Shown in pieces: positions 42,707 through 56,195 of a DNA stretch of 64,000 nt. The notes under the pieces were generated by a model. That model was not told the origin of the DNA and searched no databases. It saw nothing but the letters and a program-made list of their open reading frames with translations. The translations under genes and the position numbers were made by a program. Source of the DNA: Octopus vulgaris (lineage: Eukaryota); NCBI GenBank assembly GCA_951406725.2, contig OX597819.1:18600001-18664000 (forward strand). The letters are read 5' to 3'. Positions within the stretch are counted from its first letter, which is position 1; every line of letters begins with the position of its first letter.

Positions 42707-43056
42707 TGTATGTAGGTATGTGCGTGTGTGATTTTTGACTCCCCATCATCGTTTGATAACCGGTGTTTGTGTATTTACGTCATCATAATTTAGTGGCGCG
42801 TCAAATGAGAATGATAAAAATACTAGTCTTAAAAGTGAAGTCCTGGGGTCGATTTGTTCGGCTACAATCCTTAAAAGCGTTTAAATATTTTTATATTCAA
42901 AGAGGAGTCCATTGATAGGACTCCTGTTAGTGTGTAAAATATTTTATACAGTTTTATATTTAAAATAAATATTTTATGTCTTATGACCTTTATTTATGCA
43001 TGCTCACCACTGGTAATAAATTATGTTAATTTATTCCCCTAATATTTACGATATAC

Positions 43057-43108
<52 letters not shown>

Positions 43109-43180
43109 ATGTGTGTGTGTATTTATATATTTATATATATATACATATATATATATGTATATATATATATAAATAAATAA

Positions 43181-43214
<34 letters not shown>

Positions 43215-43559
43215 ATAAATGTGTGTGTGCGTGAATGTGTGCGTGTGTGTGTGAAGATATAGATATTATTAAAAGAACATTAATATCCAGCAAGAATAAA
43301 GCACCATATAGTTAGAATTATAGACATATAAAGCAGTTGTTCACGAAGTACGATCATTGCTAGAAATAGTAGCGGGTAAGTTTGCGGCGCTATGTAGAGC
43401 TTCACAGAATATTTACAGGCAGTAAACTCATCGGCTGCTATTTCTAGTAATGACCGTACATCGCGTACTACACCCGCTTTATATATATATATATATTATA
43501 CAGTAATAATCTTTGGGTGTTGAGTAATTTTTACTGCAGTAAAAAAATGAGTGTGAAAT

Positions 43560-44100
43560 AAGAAGAATGCAATTCGAATTGCAGTTTCATAACGCGAAGA
43601 AGTCCTTTTAGAATGAATGATAGTTTATCTCAGATGACACTCGTGATGTCTTAGAAAATTCAATCTCTCTTTATATTTGTTATTATGTCATTCTATTTCT
43701 GAAGTGATTCTTAATAAACGGATTATTGAGTCGCTATAGAGGAAATTACGATGTGCATTAATAAACCTAAATACACCACAGAAACCAAAATCCCTAAATA
43801 TATGGCACTTAACGAATGATTCCCCCAAATGTAACAGAAAGGGAAAAGAAAGCAATTTGGTAGTTATTGAAGGGCTGAGTCCGTCTAATTGGTTACAATG
43901 TAACGTCATTGAAGAGACTCATGCTTCAAATGCACCCGTATAGAATTTGGATCTTTAGACACTATGGATCGCTATTATACAGCATTCCGAGTGTTGTGAG
44001 AGCGCTAGAAGTTGAATAAGAGAGAAGCGGGTTTAACGGAGATGGACGAACTTTTGTCATCCCCGGCAATCAGTGTGATGTAATCAATGAATGGTCGTGG
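43560..44100 (+). pseudogene. Very degenerate CR1-type LINE 3' relic
   Basis: In order: IESL*RK (IExIQR), KSLNIW, IEGLSP (ILEGLVP), FRHYGSLLYSIPSVVRAL (GPRLFNxLPxxIRxL), EMDELLSSP (LDxxLxxIP). Confidence 0.4.
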
Positions 44101-44151
44101 AATGGGAAATTAGTATTTAGTGCTTCATATTGCTATAGATGCGATTAGGCA

Positions 44152-44187
<36 letters not shown>

Positions 44188-44419
44188 TACACACACGCAC
44201 ACACACGCACTCACATACATACAGATAGATAAATAGATACGAAGATATAAATAGATTGGTTGCTAAATGGATACATTTGAGCAGATGCATTTTACCCCGC
44301 GTATCTGCTTATATCTATATGCATGCATGTATGTATGTATGTATGTATGTATGTATGTATGTATGTATGTATGTATGTATGTATGTATGTATGTATGCAG
44401 GAATGTATGCATGTATGTA

Positions 44420-45262
44420 TGCATATGCAGATGTGTATGTTTTATATATGTATTCTCAGGCATATAGTTGCACATCTAGACATAATCATATATATTCAAG
44501 TGATAAACTTCTGGAAACTTTTACAGATTTTTACAGTTCCAGTGATGGATTGGATCTTTAGTCTTCGAATTAGATTTCTCCTTTCTGGATTACAGAAACC
44601 TAATTTGGGAAGATCGGTATTTAGGCAGTGTCTTACATATTCCAGGGTCCCAATATTTACAGTTATAAACCTGAACTTGTAATCTGGATAGAGTAACTGC
44701 AGATTTCTCAATAGTTCAGCGTAGGTGTTCTTTTTTTCACTGATCTTCAGCTTTACGTGAACATTCGCTGTGCAGGTAATTTCCACAACTGTGCACAGTT
44801 TCTCTTCTCTATCCCAAATCATTATATCAGGTCTGTTGTGCTTACATTTTATTGAGGTCTTCACTGCTACATTCCACCAGTACTCCTTTTCATTATGAGT
44901 GGCTATGGCCTCTACCATATTGTGGGTGTGTATTTCTCGAGATTATCCATCCGACGGATTTCATTATAGTGTCCTAGCTACAACATCATGTCTCATCTGT
45001 AGATAATACCGCGGTGACAATTTCGGAGAACTGCTATTGATATGGTTGATATCTTCAGTCTGAACTCCACATCAGTTGTCATACTTTACGGCTTTTCCCG
45101 CGTATCTATCCTTTTGTGCATCAGGTATTTGGTTGATATTTCCTGTTCCTGATTGCAAACGCATACTTTTCAAAGTGGGAAGTAGTAATCCAGTTACTGG
45201 TCCATTATAAACTGCTTTGGTGGCGGATATTACTATCATTACAGAGTTTCCTACATTTGAAT
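44420..45262 (-). mobile_element. 5'-truncated R4/Dong-like RLE non-LTR element (second family)
   Basis: TSHFEKYAFAI..QEISTKYL, zinc-knuckle remnant CGVQTEDINHINSSSPKLSPRYYLQMRHDVVA, then ORF 44496-44918 with HNRPDIMIWD...VVEITC...EKKNTYAEL (PD-(D/E)xK nuclease). The 3' end runs into (TACA)n at 44323-44420. Confidence 0.88.
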
Positions 45263-46092
45263 GTATGTATTTATATATATGGAATCCTGTAGTAGAGATA
45301 TGCACAGCCGATACAGTTTCCGATGGTAGTCTTTCCAGGTGTTTCTTCGAATATTTGCGAAAATATTGAAAGACGTAGATCTGTTTATTTTTTTTTTTTT
45401 ATATCTATTTAGTCACTTAATGTAAAGCAAAGATACTCATATGTTACAACACAGAACACCGTGAGATATTTAACCTTTCCCTTATGTTATCTGAGAAGAG
45501 ATTATAATGAATATGAGGTTGTGGGGAAGCAAGACTTGTAATTTATGACGCATTTCTTGTACTAAGACATGAAGAGCGTTGAAAGGTGGGCCACCAGCAA
45601 TGAGAAACGTATCGTGAAAATTATTGGAAGAACAGCGTATACGACACAATTTTACGTGCATGATCGAATAACCTAATATGTTCTACAATGGTTTTATGTT
45701 TCCAGCTGTCACTCCGGTGGCCTGACCATATTCAACAAATTCTCGTTGACTAAATTACTATTTCCCGTAATCTTAATAAATGCGAGTTTATGCCAAGAAC
45801 ACATTTGAGCTGGTTCAAACATGTACTGAAAACAAATTTGAAAAGACTTTTACATCAATGTATACGTGTATGAGTCTTAAATGCAAAACCTATGCAAATC
45901 AGGATATGTCTTTAAGAGGGATCTTTCGTCAGAGAATGAACTAAACATGTGAGATACACGTGAGCAGAGTCAGTACTGAAAAGGGAGGACCCGATTCTTT
46001 CTCTGGTCAGAGATCTCCTCCCTTTTGGAACCCAAATTGGATCCGTTTCAATTATATCTGATGAGTACTCCTATATCACGAGACACTGCTAG

Positions 46093-46141
<49 letters not shown>

Positions 46142-47552
46142 ATATGCAGTGAAACAGCAGAATGTTCTTCAAATAAGAGAGTTCACTCTGATTTTAGGTT
46201 AAGCATGATCTTCAACAGCATCAGATCTGTGATATCTTGTAAGTCAATTAGTATACACTTCTATGGCATTATAGTGACGTCACCACACCGACATTATAGA
46301 CTGAATGCAGTCGCTCCATTTTCTGAAAAATTTAGTCTAAACGCCATTAATAATCTAAAAATAGTAAAACAAAATCTCATCTTTGAAATCAATGCATATT
46401 TACAGTTGTTATCCAGAACAAATGATATTAAAAGACCGGGATGGTCGTAAATAGGATCTCGTTGATTACAACCCGCTAGACCAAAGTTGGATTGAGTATC
46501 AGGAAAAAAATTTCTTTAAGACGAACAAAATAAAAATAAATATCGAATACAAATTTTGTTGCTCATATTAATACATATATTTAATATATAAATAGTTTAA
46601 TTTGTCTGTAGTCTGGCATCTTCAAATAATCATTCATATCTGAACATTTTCTTCGGTAATTTCTTAATGTTCCCAAGAACCAGATCTTGCAAACATCAAT
46701 GGGAATCTTTGCATGGTCACTCGATCCGAAAGGCTTTGCAGGCTAATCTTCACCCGTCCTCAGCAAGATTCTTGATGTCAAAAAAAGAAAAAAAAAAAAA
46801 ACAGAACGGCACCAGATTGTATTGAAGACAATTATTTCAAAACCGCGCTGTTCACTGTGTGAGCAATTTGATCATAGTTTTGCTGGTTCAGTTTTGACCT
46901 AGGGCTAAACATCAACACAAACAACATCAGATGGAAATGACAATCAAACAGAAAACGAATTAATATACACAAAGTCGTTGAGAGGAAGAAAACAGACATG
47001 AAAATGCGGGAGTTATAAGACTAGGTAGAGAGGAAGGTAAGAAAGCATGGTGTGAGGGAAGGGGGCAGAAGCCATAATTGTATTCTGGACATTTCTAGCT
47101 TTATATTAATTACAAAATGTTATCGGGAAATTTATGAGTTTACGGGTTCAGATCAAATTAACATTGGTATCATCCATCAAATCGTTTTCAATTTGGACAT
47201 CTCCAGCCAAATAAAGAATATCTTTTATAGTCAAGTACGTTTTTATTTTAATCTTCGATTCTTCAGCAACCAGTTTTATGATGGTAAGAAATAGACATTT
47301 AGAGTGATGATATAAGTTTCGATAATTTTGGATATTTTTTTTTATTTAATTTTAAATTTAATGATTTAGTCCAAAGGACAAAAGCACGGAGGCGCCAATG
47401 ACAATTGTCAGAGTCTTTGAACCTTGCGTAATGGGGGTGGAGGAGATAATCGCCAACCAACGAATACTTGCAAGAGATTGAACGCTGTTAAGCGAAACTA
47501 CAAACCAATTAGAGGTAATTAATGTTAATCCAGAGACGGATTAAAAATTATA

Positions 47553-47970
47553 TATTTCTTTATTGCCCACAAGGGGATAAACATAGAGGGGATAAACAAG
47601 GAGAGACAACGGGATTAAGTTGATTACATCGACCCCAGTACGTAACTGGTACTTTATTTATCGACCCCCGAAATGATGAATGGCAAAGTGGACCTCGGCG
47701 GAATTTGTACTCAGAACGTAACGACAGACGAAATACCTATTTCTTTACTACCCCAAAGGGGCTAAACACAGAGAGGACAAACAAGGACAGACAAACGGAT
47801 TAAGTCGATTATATCGAACCAGTGCGTAACTGGTACTTATTTAATCGACCCCGATAGGATGAAAGGTAGAGTCGACCTCGGCGGAATTTGAACTTAGAAC
47901 GTAACGGCAGACAAAATACGGATACGCATTTCTCCCGGCGTGCTAACGTTTCTGCCAGCTCGCCGGCCTT
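47553..47970 (-). mobile_element. SINE family A dimer with a 17-bp target-site duplication
   Basis: Junction GACGAAATAC|CTATTTCTTT at about 47736. ACGGATTAAAAATTATA (47536-47552) and ACGGATTAAGAATTATA (47971-47987) flank it. Confidence 0.9.
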
Positions 47971-48694
47971 ACGGATTAAGAATTATAGGAAAGAAATAGA
48001 ACAGATAGCATCTACACATTTTCTTCTAATGATTTCAACGCACAAGTTTTTTTGTTTTTTTTTATCCAACAATGTGGCAAAATTCACTTACCCAAGTCTC
48101 TAGCTACTGGATCGAACTCAGAGCAATTGAATCTCAATGTGAGCAACCACTCTGCAAAACTAATATTTAATTCATATATACATATTGTGTATACGGTTTG
48201 AAATGATCTGTAATGTGTTATTTAAACAGTTGACAGACTTACATTAGCAACATATTGACTTCTTAAATTTAGGTTCACTTCTATTCAAGTGATGAGCCTT
48301 TGGTAAATATATAGAAATCAGGAATATTGATATGATTATTAGGCACAAGAAATCTATTTGGAAGCCGATAGCAGTGACATAAATGATGGCATCATAGTAT
48401 AGCGCGTATAACACTTAATGTAATATCTTTGAAAGGATTATATAATTAAATCAACTTTAGCGATAGTACAAATTATTACGGAAATATATTGAAATAATTA
48501 TTGGTTAGCGTTTCTTTTAGATTTACTGAATCTGGCTGTGAAGTGTTCATTCAGGTTAGATTTCACATCTACATTGATCGTCGAAAGTTAGATGCATTAA
48601 AAGAGAAGCCGATCCTCACAAGATTTTCAATTATGCTGAAGAGCTAGAAATACAGAATAAACCAATGGCTCCAAAACTGGGGTCGGCAAAGTTA

Positions 48695-48734
<40 letters not shown>

Positions 48735-48740
<6 letters not shown>

Positions 48741-48984
48741 CTATAATTATATACATAATTATAATCAGGGGTCAGCTAAGTGCCACGCCACGGACTGAAT
48801 TACTGAATTAGAAATAGATGCTAATGTCTTTTCAACTACCATAAAAATCATAAACATCATACAAATCGAGATTTTTATGGTAGTTGAAAAGATTTTAGCG
48901 TCTATTTCTAATTCAGTAATTCAGTACGAAGCGTGGCACTTAGCTAACCCCTCATTATAATTATGTATATAATTATAGAATATT
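48735..48984. repeat. Long fold-back element (arms of about 115 bp, loop of about 20 nt)
   Basis: 48735-48849 is a near-perfect reverse complement of 48870-48984. Confidence 0.92.
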
Positions 48985-49054
48985 TTGTATAATTCACCAA
49001 GAAAATTTTTTTTTTTAACTTACTGACTATTTGGTATAATTATATATATATGAT

Positions 49055-49258
49055 AGATCGTTAGCTCCTACTCGCATTTTTTTTACTCTCCTTGTTTCTC
49101 TCCTTGTTTTTTTTCTGTGTATCTTTCTGTGGAAGAGCGTAGGCTCGAAACGTAAAAGACTTTTTCTATTTCTATTCCTGAGCGCTATACTAATACATTT
49201 GTTTGTTTGCACGCCACCTGCCTTCGTCTTTTGTTTATTTTCGTAAAAATTCCCGTTA
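49055..49258 (+). mobile_element. Short Penelope-like terminal element with a hammerhead-like motif
   Basis: TCTTT-CTGTGGA-A-GAGCGTAGGCTC-GAAAC-GTA-AAAGA at 49122-49159; same family as 39089 and 61310. Confidence 0.8.
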
Positions 49259-49520
49259 TATATATATATATAAACATACATATACACATCAGGATAAGGA
49301 TATTAAAAGGGGTCTGTGGGAAGACTCATTTAAATAAAAATATTGTTGGGAACCACTGGAATAGGCACATGCTTATTCGAATGAAGGTATCGGTAGTGGG
49401 AAACTGAGAGAAATCCGACGTACATACATACATACATACATACATACATACATACATACATACATACATGCATGCATACATACATACATACATACATACA
49501 TACATACATACATACATACA

Positions 49521-50170
49521 TTACCACTGATAAAGGAGTACTGGTGGAATGTCCCAGGTAAACAACAATAAAATGTGAACCCAAGAGACCTGATATAATA
49601 ATTTGGGATAGAGAAAAGAAACTGTAAATTTGTGGAAATCAGCAACCCATCGGATGTTAATATAAACCTGAATTTCAGTAAAAAAATTACAACCTACGCT
49701 GAACTATTGAGAAATCTGCAGTTACTTTAACCAGATTACGAGTTCAGGATTATACTTATACTTACGTTTATACTCGGGTTTATAACAATTGTGGCACTAG
49801 GATATATCACTCACTGCCTAGATACCAGTCTTGAGAACGTAGGCTTCTCGAAACCAGAAACGAGAAAGCTGGTTCGAAAACTATAGATCCAATCCATCTG
49901 GAACTACAAAAATCTGTAAACCTTTCCAGAAGTTTATCATTTAAGTATATATGTCCATGTCCAAATACACAAGTATATGAATGAGAAGACATACATAAAA
50001 CAAAACATACAAAGTTTCACATATTTATACATATATATGTATACACTCATACATACATACGCTGTTGTTGATTTTGAAACTTCAACAAAGGAGCCTTGCA
50101 TCTATGATAAAACCTTTCTATTTCTCTTTTGGCATGAAACCTTGAAATTAAACGGAATAACCACACATAC
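49521..50170 (+). mobile_element. Degenerate second copy of the TACA-associated R4/Dong-like element
   Basis: AAGGAGTACTGGTGGAATGT...AGACCTGATATAAT.ATTTGGGATAGAGA...ACCTACGCTGAACTATTGAGAAATCTGCAGTTACT matches the reverse complement of 44480-44890. Preceded by (TACA)n at 49420-49520 and followed by CATAC units. Confidence 0.87.
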
Positions 50171-50451
50171 ATGCACACAATTTGTCTTCGTCGATTGTTT
50201 CATCTGTACGTCTACTCTGTTGTTCTTGGGTTCGTTCGAAGCCCTAACTCACCACAAACTATTTCTGGATTATGCTGTCTTATGAAGTATTCCTGTCTTG
50301 TCTTTAAAAGCACGAAATGGGTAGTAATAAGCAATCGAAAACTGATGAGCGAGTTATCTTCTTTTGGCATTTTGTCCTGTAGTTAATGAGGATTTTTAGT
50401 CATATATATGTATATATACATACACACACACACACACACATACACACACAT

Positions 50452-50565
<114 letters not shown>

Positions 50566-50571
50566 ATAAAA

Positions 50572-50913
50572 AGGGGTAAAGACCCCCTTCGGTCATGAAT
50601 GACCATGGGATTGCACCTAGAAAGTTACCCTCCTAGACACAAGTCCGGGCAAGGTTGTTTATGGAAGGCCAGCAGTCGCCCATGCATACCAGCCTCCCCT
50701 CTCCACGCCACCAGTGTTATCCAAGGGAAAGACAAAGGTCGATACAGCTTGGCACCAGTGACGTCGCAACTCATTTCTACAGCTGAGTGAACTGGAGCAA
50801 CGTGAAATAAAGTGCCTTGCTCGAGAACACAACACGCAGCCCGGTCCGGGATTCGAGCTCACAACCTCACGATCGTAAGCTCGACGCTCTAACCACTGAG
50901 CCATGCGCCTTCA
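50572..50913 (-). mobile_element. Full-length tRNA-derived SINE family C
   Basis: Minus head GAAGGCGCATGGCTCAGTGGTTAGAGCG...GAGCTCGAATCCC, core TGTGTTCTCGAGCAAGGCACTTT; second copy at 21128. Confidence 0.9.
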
Positions 50914-52011
50914 CATATATATGTATATATATATAACCCATTGTAGCAACGACTTCCTTAATTCTCAGAAATATCTGAAGAAGGAATTTTATAACGAAAT
51001 ATCATAACAGACTATGGATGTTTAAATTACAACAGTTATTATAGTCCATTATTTTTATTGTAGTGCATTCTGCAAAAGGTGGCTTATTAGCAATTAGAAC
51101 CTAAAGGATTTATTAACAGACGTCACAAAATTGTCAAAGGGTATTGACTAACACCGTTTTTTGTTAAATATAAGAATAAAAATTACTCAAAAGCTACAAA
51201 AGAACCGAACGGAATGATCGACAAAAGCTGCTAAGTCTCCGGCGTAAATAGTCGGATCGCGATTTTGGCTGAAGGTGTATGCAGTATGGCCGCAGTTTAA
51301 TGAGCGAAAGAATTAAAAAGAGAAAAAAAGAGAAACGCAGCTGGCGTCCTTTCACTTCAACCAGTGAACTCTCGTAACACAGTCTGGAAATAAACAATGG
51401 CGTTTCTTTAGAAATTTTTTAGAGAAATCATGTGAAATTTTAATATCGATTCTACGTGTTTTTTTTAAAAATCCGTGAATGAATAATTTTAATTAAACAT
51501 ATAAAAAAATCTACTTAATAACTACTAATGAAAAGATAGCAGTAAACAATGATGTGCTACTTAGTATGTATATTCAGACAACAACTATAACTTGTGTTAT
51601 TAGGAGGTCTAGCTACCATTCGTGTATTCAGAATGTAAAGACATCTTACTGGAAATCCCATGGTGTTATAATAGTAAGAATACGAATTAAAAGATGCTAT
51701 AATAGCAGAATTAAGAGTCCTGCGTTCTAAGGAGATGTGCGTCACCTAACTGGGCGTTCTAACGGAATAGAAACTTGAAGATGTGTTCATAAAATTTTGT
51801 GTGTGTATGTGAACTGTTCTATGTATCATTTTATTTTCTAAACTTAAGAAAAACAGCTTGTCACCCTAATTGCCTTTTCATATATATATATATATATTCC
51901 ACGTCCTCGCGTTGTTGTATTTTCTCTTTGTGTTTTCATGTTTGGATTAACTTTATATATATATATATAATAATAATAATAATAGTATTAGGGAGTAATA
52001 ATTTAATATAT

Positions 52012-52082
<71 letters not shown>

Positions 52083-52361
52083 AGGCAATTAGGGTGACAA
52101 GCTAATTTGTTATTCTACCAAATATATACGTTTCTATTATTATTTTGCAATTTACTTAATCATCGGTATATTATCGTTATTTTGATTTTAATATTTCTAT
52201 TATATGTAAGTTTCCATATGGTGTAATTTAATTGATCATTTTGAATTGATAAAATGTGTTTTTTTCTAATTTATATATATATTATATTTTGTGAAAATTT
52301 GATTTAGTATTTCTAAAGTGAATTTATCCCTGTAAGTTAGGAATATCAATCCCTCAAATAA

Positions 52362-52423
<62 letters not shown>

Positions 52424-53321
52424 ATGCCATATCAAATCTATTCTTGTGTTTCTGCGGTTAACGATCTGCCACTCGTCGGTAAATAAGCAAAAAATGAGTG
52501 GCTAAAATAACGAATGGATGATATGTATTTTAAAACAGTAATTGTGATTTAAAACGTGTTTGCCTGCCATTTCAAACAAGTCAATTGATCGTATAATATT
52601 TCGTTACCGCCTTCTCTGCGTGTTTTGACATATTTTCTTTGCAATATTAGACACTTATAAACCTTATCCAAAATACTTTCTCACTTATATTGCTCTTCCA
52701 TACCTAGTGTTTTTAGACTATACATGTTATTTCGTCTCTCACTCATATTATTTAGAGTTCCTAGTTTATTTTACAGCTTTCTAATACCCTTTAATCCCTG
52801 TCCAAATAATTCCCAGGCCAGTGATATTAAAACATTCTCAGTTCTCCAACACGTGCTATAATTTCATTTTATTAACATCATTAAACAGGATTTATTCATG
52901 GTTACGTTGAACAACCAGTTTCCGTGGATACTAATATATTCAATAAGAGTTCTTTGTCAAATTTACATGAAACGGGAGCTAAAGGTAATTGTCGTTGTTG
53001 TTGTTCTCTAACCTAACGCAGTTCAGAAAAAAACAGTTCAATAACAAAAATTCTCAAAAATTGGACTGCCACTTCGTTTGGTACATTGAAGCAATATTGT
53101 TCATTGTTTCTTATCAGATTCAGTATTTTCCAATTAACAGCCAATTAATTGCCTTACATATAAAAGGGAATGAATTGAGAGTTATTTCGCTATTATTTCA
53201 AACAAGCGAAGCTACATTTGTTTGTGTATTTTGTTGTTAAGACTTGGAAATAAATATGCTTTATTTACATTATTTGCATTTGACGGATATTTGTCCTCAT
53301 CTTGTTTGGTTAGCTTAGGAA

Positions 53322-53585
53322 GCTAAGCAGTTGTTGGCGATGAAAAAGGTAGCAGTAGTACCAATAATTGTCGAAGCCCTGGGAGCAGTGAGCAAATATC
53401 TCGAGAAGTAAGTGGAACAAAAATGGGCTGCAGTAAAGATGGATCACTTGCAGAAAACAGCACTGCTTGGAACCGCTCGAATACCCCGGCAGGTGCTCGA
53501 AAAATAAGAGGTGTTACCTTAGTTCTCTGGTAGTGAACAGCTGGCACTCTAGTATACCTCCAGCGTTAGAATGTGTGCAAAGGCA
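53322..53585 (+). mobile_element. R4/Dong-like RLE element, extreme 3' fragment (third family)
   Basis: KQLLAMKKVAVVPIIVEALGAVSKYLEK*VEQKWAAVKMDHLQKTALLGTARIPRQVLEK*; followed by (CAA)n. Confidence 0.8.
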
Positions 53586-53854
53586 ACAAGAGCAACAGCA
53601 TCAACAACAACAACAACAACAACAACAATAACATCGAAAATGAAATCTTGGAAAGCTGTAAAATAAACTAGGTTCGAAATTAACACAAGACACATGATTA
53701 AGGCTAGAGCGTATATGAACCGAAACTTTGTGTTAGCAACAACTAAGATGGCAAATATCGTCAAATGTAAATAATGTAAATAATGTACATAATTCGTCAT
53801 CTCTTAATTATAGAACTGTAAATATTGCCTGCCTAAATATTCTGTGTTTCTTGT

Positions 53855-55068
53855 TACAAGAGGGTGAGCAGAAATGTTCATAGGTTGACTATGAATGAAT
53901 GACGCCAGGGTTGTGCTTCTTAATCATATCTGCATTGTTTTTATTTTCAGATAAACTGAATGTATGTTGAAAGAGGACTTCAGAAATAACTATTAACTGC
54001 TTCTCTTTAATATCGACAAAATTTGGCTTTGTATTGTTATCAGGTATATGGAGAAAAAGGGATTAGCCCCCAGGATATTCATGTTGACATAGTTGGTACG
54101 TTAGAGGATGTCGTTCCAGTTTTATCAAAAGTGGTCTTGTGGGAATGTGGGCAGATGAATTTAGGTGGAAAAGGGAGAGTCTTGAAAATGACTCAAGATC
54201 TGGACGTCCTGCAGCTTGCGCCATCGATGTAAATATTGATCGTGTTCACCACATGGTGATGGATCGCAAGTAATTCGTTATAACCCAAATGGCCAAGATT
54301 ATTAGCATCTCCCACGAAAGAGCAGTCAATATTCTAACGAACCTGGCATGCTGAAAGCTCCTGCACAGTGGGTGCCTCGTATTATGTCACCAACCAAAAA
54401 CGTGCCAGTTTCAGGCAGATTCAACAGTTTTCCTTGAACGTATCCTAAGCTAAGCTGAGCGTTGGCTTCATTACTTTGAACCAGAGAGAAAGCGACAATC
54501 CATCAGGTGGTAACCCCCTCCCCATTCCCACCTGCTTCAAAGCAGGCTAAGATCGTTTCATTTGCACGGGAGGTGATAGCCTCAGTTTTTGTTTCTCGGA
54601 CGCAAATGGAATTGATAGTTCTTTGGCAACTTGCTGAGGCAGTTACGAAAGTCTATGAAGCCAAACACCCAAGGAAACTGCCGAATTGAAATTGCTTAAT
54701 CAGGAATTTGCTCCTACAGTACACAAGGCCTTTCTTTCAATGCGTGTCTGTGCGTGACTGTGCCTTTGATCTAATCGCTCACCATCCATATTCTCCTGAT
54801 TTGGCACCAGCTATCAAATGTTCTCCAACATTATAAAACACTTGACTGGGAACTAGTATTACAGTGATGATAACATTGTATCTGCTGCCGATCACATTTT
54901 TTTACCGAAAGGATGAAAGCATCTTCTCCAGTGTGACCCAATCCCTGCAATGCCGATGAAAAGAAGGATGTTGACCGCTAGGGGTCTATGATGAAAAGCA
55001 AACTTCATTTGGTCACATTCCATGAAATTATCTTATTCAGCCGATGAGATGTTCAGTCGACTCTCGTA
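53855..55068 (+). mobile_element. Full-span degenerate mariner transposon (about 1.2 kb)
   Basis: Imperfect TIRs (TACAAGAGGGTGAGCAGAAATGTTCATAGGTTGA versus reverse-complemented end TACGAGAGTCGACTGAACATCTCATCGGCTGA) with TA at both ends. WVPR at 54369-54380 and YSPDLAP at 54789-54809. Disrupted frame. Confidence 0.92.
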
Positions 55069-55626
55069 TATATCGTTTTGGCAATGTCCAACAAGCGTAG
55101 CTGCCAAGCAGAGCATTAAACCGTAAGTAGTTTGTAAAAGACATGGATAAAGTAAAAATTGAAATTATTACGCAAAGTAAGTTTGCGCCATTATAACATC
55201 ATACGTTTGAAATGGTAGGTTTCTGTGATAACAATTATTTTCTCATGAAATATCTGTAGTCAATAAATCTACATATAAAGACCACGTAATTCTGTCTATC
55301 TTGATATCTACACAATACATCGATTGAAATAGATCGTCTTTGGTGGATAAGAGACAAGACTGTTACAGTCAATATATTTCTTCCATCTCGGAAGAGCATC
55401 GAATTGCATGTCTTGTTAAATTTGTTCCGTCTCTGCATTCTGAGTTGAAATTCAATCGCAGAAAACTAGGGATGCCAACTTAAAGAATTTTTTCTATAAC
55501 TTGAGGTTTAGATGATTTTGTAGAGTACACACGACACTACAAATTCCTCGTTTGTTGGTACTCTTTTCCCTCTCTCCAACAACTGTCAGAAGTACCATAA
55601 GCCATAATGAGCAGTGACCTACTCTG

Positions 55627-55715
55627 AATAGTCGCACCTGAAAATATATTTGAAGAAATAGTCACATCTGAAAATATATACAAGCAATAATCACACCTGA
55701 AAATATATATCAGAA
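55627..55715. repeat. Minisatellite, three units of about 29-30 bp (AATAGTCACACCTGAAAATATAT...)
   Basis: Seen directly in the sequence. Confidence 0.85.
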
Positions 55716-56195
55716 ATTGTAAAGGGTCTGATGATTCCTTTCTAAGTATTGAAATGACAGAATCAAGTATTATGGCCAATATATATTTTCTTTTGTCTCA
55801 AGTCGACAATGATCGGTAATATTCATATGAAAAGGTTCATTCCCGATCTACACACTACTTCAGTTGTTTTATGGCTGTGTCGCATAAAATCTCTTTAGCT
55901 TCTTAATTGTTGTAATCAGTCATTAAAGGGTAATTTGTCTACGATTTCGAGCCGGTCAATTGTCCGGCTTCGTTTGCTGCAGCATGATCGGGCAGTAACC
56001 TTTTTTTTCTATTTATAGACACAAAGCTGGGAATTTTGGGGGGGCGAATGAAGTCGATTACGTTGATCACCCAGTGTTTATATATATATATTTTTCAGTC
56101 TTTAATGAATAAAAGACTAAGTCGAAATTCGCAGCGACTTGAACTCTGAACGTACAGAAAAGAAGTATTATGCTCAACATATTTTCCTACGCTGT

